Assembly (NCBI GenBank): GCA_964016885.1
Contig: OZ024743.1
Span: 333,498,001 to 333,562,000 of the forward strand
From: Eledone cirrhosa
Taxonomy: Eukaryota
Direction of reading: 5' to 3'
Length of the DNA stretch: 64,000 nucleotides
This document shows, piece by piece, positions 62,701 through 64,000 of the stretch (position 1 is the first letter of the stretch; each line of letters begins with the position of its first letter). The notes under the pieces were generated by a model that was given only the letters and a program-made list of their open reading frames with translations, was not told where the DNA came from and did no database searches. Both the position numbers and the translations under genes were made by a program.

Positions 62701-64000
62701 GGCTGCAGTTTGATGACTGAAACCAGTAAAGAGTGTAGTGCCCCATCATGGCTGCAGTTTGATGACTGAAACCAGTAAAGAGTGTAGTGCCCCAGCACGG
62801 CTGCAGTTTGATGACTGAAACCAGTAAAGAGTGTAGTGCCCCAGCATGGCTGCAGTTTGATGACTGAAACCAGTAAAGAGTGTAGTGCCCCAGCATGGCT
62901 GCAGTTTGATGACTGAAACCAGTAAAGAGTGTAGTGCCCCAGCATGGCTGCAGTTTAATGACTGAAACCAGTAAAGAGTGTAGTGCCCCAGCATGGCTGC
63001 AGTTTGATGACTGAAACCAGTAAAGAGTGTGGTGCCCCAGCATGGCTGCAGTTTAATGACTGAAACCAGTAAAGAGTGTAGTGCCCCATCATGGCTGCAG
63101 TTTGATGACTGAAACCAGTAAAGAGTGTGGTGCCCCAGCATGGCTGCAGTTTAATGACTGAAACCAGTAAAGAGTGTAGTGCCCCAGCACGGCTGCAGTT
63201 TGATGACTGAAACCAGTAAAGAGTGTAGTGCCCCAGCATGGCTGCAGTTTGATGACTGAAACCAGTAAAGAGTGTAGTGCCCCAGCATGGCTGCAGTTTG
63301 ATGACTGAAACCAGTAAAGAGTGTAGTGCCCCAGCATGGCTGCAGTTTAATGACTGAAACCAGTAAAGAGTGTAGTGCCCCATCATGGCTGCAGTTTGAT
63401 GACTGAAACCAGTAAAGAGTGTGGTGCCCCAGCATGGCTGCAGTTTAATGACTGAAACCAGTAAAGAGTGTAGTGCCCCATCATGGCTGCAGTTTGATGA
63501 CTGAAACCAGTAAAGAGTGTGGTGCCCCAGCATGGCTGCAGTTTAATGACTGAAACCAGTAAAGAGTGTAGTGCCCCAGCATGGCTGCAGTTTGATGACT
63601 GAAACCAGTAAAGAGTGTGGTGCCCCAGCATGGCTGCAGTTTAATGACTGAAACCAGTAAAGAGTGTAGTGCCCCATCATGGCTGCAGTTTAATGACTGA
63701 AACCAGTAAAGAATGTGGTGCTCCAGCATGGCTGCAGTTTGATGACTGAAACCAGTAAAGAGTGTGGTGCTCCAGCATGGCTGCAGTTTGATGACTGAAA
63801 CCAGTAAAGAGTGTAGTGCCCCAGCATGGCTGCAGTTTGATGACTGAAACCAGTAAAGAGTGTAGTGCCCCAGCATGGCTGCAGTTTGATGACTGAAACC
63901 AGTAAAGAGTGCGGTGCTCCAGCATGGCTGCAGTTTGATGACTGAAACCAGTAAAGAGTGTAGTGCCCCATCATGGCTGCAGTTTGATTACTGAAACCAG

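Larger units (their letters stand above)
1..64000. repeat. 49-bp tandem satellite array, about 1306 monomers, single orientation, running off both window ends
   Basis: Unit GAAACCAGTAAAGAGTGTRGTGCCCCAKCATGGCTGCAGTTTRATGACT recurs at 1, 50, 99 and so on. The last partial unit GAAACCAG starts at 63993 (1+49x1306-2). Common variation is limited to monomer positions 19 (A/G), 28 (T/G), 44 (G/A), 24 (C/T) and 7 (A/T). A PstI site (CTGCAG) occurs in almost every monomer. Confidence 0.99.

Noticed and set aside
273-63974. Hundreds of minus-strand ORFs (60-376 aa) as protein-coding genes
   Set aside because: All are overlapping translations of the same 49-bp repeat in three frames. The period is not a multiple of 3, stop-creating variants are very common, and I recognise no domain or gene context.
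1-64000. CRISPR array or other repeat-spacer system
   Set aside because: There are no unique spacers. The variable part differs at only a few single positions drawn from a small recurring set, and no cas-like or other genes are present.
1-64000. Immunoglobulin switch region (mouse S-gamma regions also have 49-bp units)
   Set aside because: Only the period matches. This monomer is not G-rich on one strand and its consensus lacks the GAGCT-type pentamers. The array is also far longer than known switch regions.
1-64000. Monomer variant order as an information-bearing code or diversity-generating cassette system
   Set aside because: The order is adequately explained by nested duplications of blocks with linked variants. 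No recombinase, reverse transcriptase, expression site or template/variable pair is visible.
1-64000. Telomeric repeat, rRNA/tRNA array or transposon-derived terminal repeats
   Set aside because: There is no short G-rich telomere motif, no tRNA cloverleaf or rRNA similarity that I can recognise, and no terminal inverted repeats, LTRs or target-site duplications.

Overview
The whole 64 kb window is one uninterrupted, head-to-tail tandem satellite array. The monomer is 49 bp, consensus GAAACCAGTAAAGAGTGT[A/G]GTGCCCCA[T/G]CATGGCTGCAGTTT[G/A]ATGACT, about 45-51% GC and with no CpG. There are 1306 monomers plus 8 bp. The last unit starts at 63993, exactly 2 bp short of 1+49x1306, matching the only two indels I found (1-bp deletions at about 34030 and 42567). 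I saw no unique sequence, gene, RNA gene, transposon, inversion or CRISPR spacer. All listed ORFs are minus-strand by-products of the repeat. The informative structure is the order of monomer variants: nested higher-order repeats with periods of 2, 3, 9, 23, 41, 43, 60, 66, 73, 76 and 101 monomers, spatially restricted variant domains, and long-range block copies. The array looks like eukaryotic satellite DNA (centromeric, pericentromeric or subtelomeric), but I cannot name the family or organism. I found no support for a novel gene system here. Block boundaries were read by eye and are approximate; offsets were checked on rare marker variants and the ORF track.
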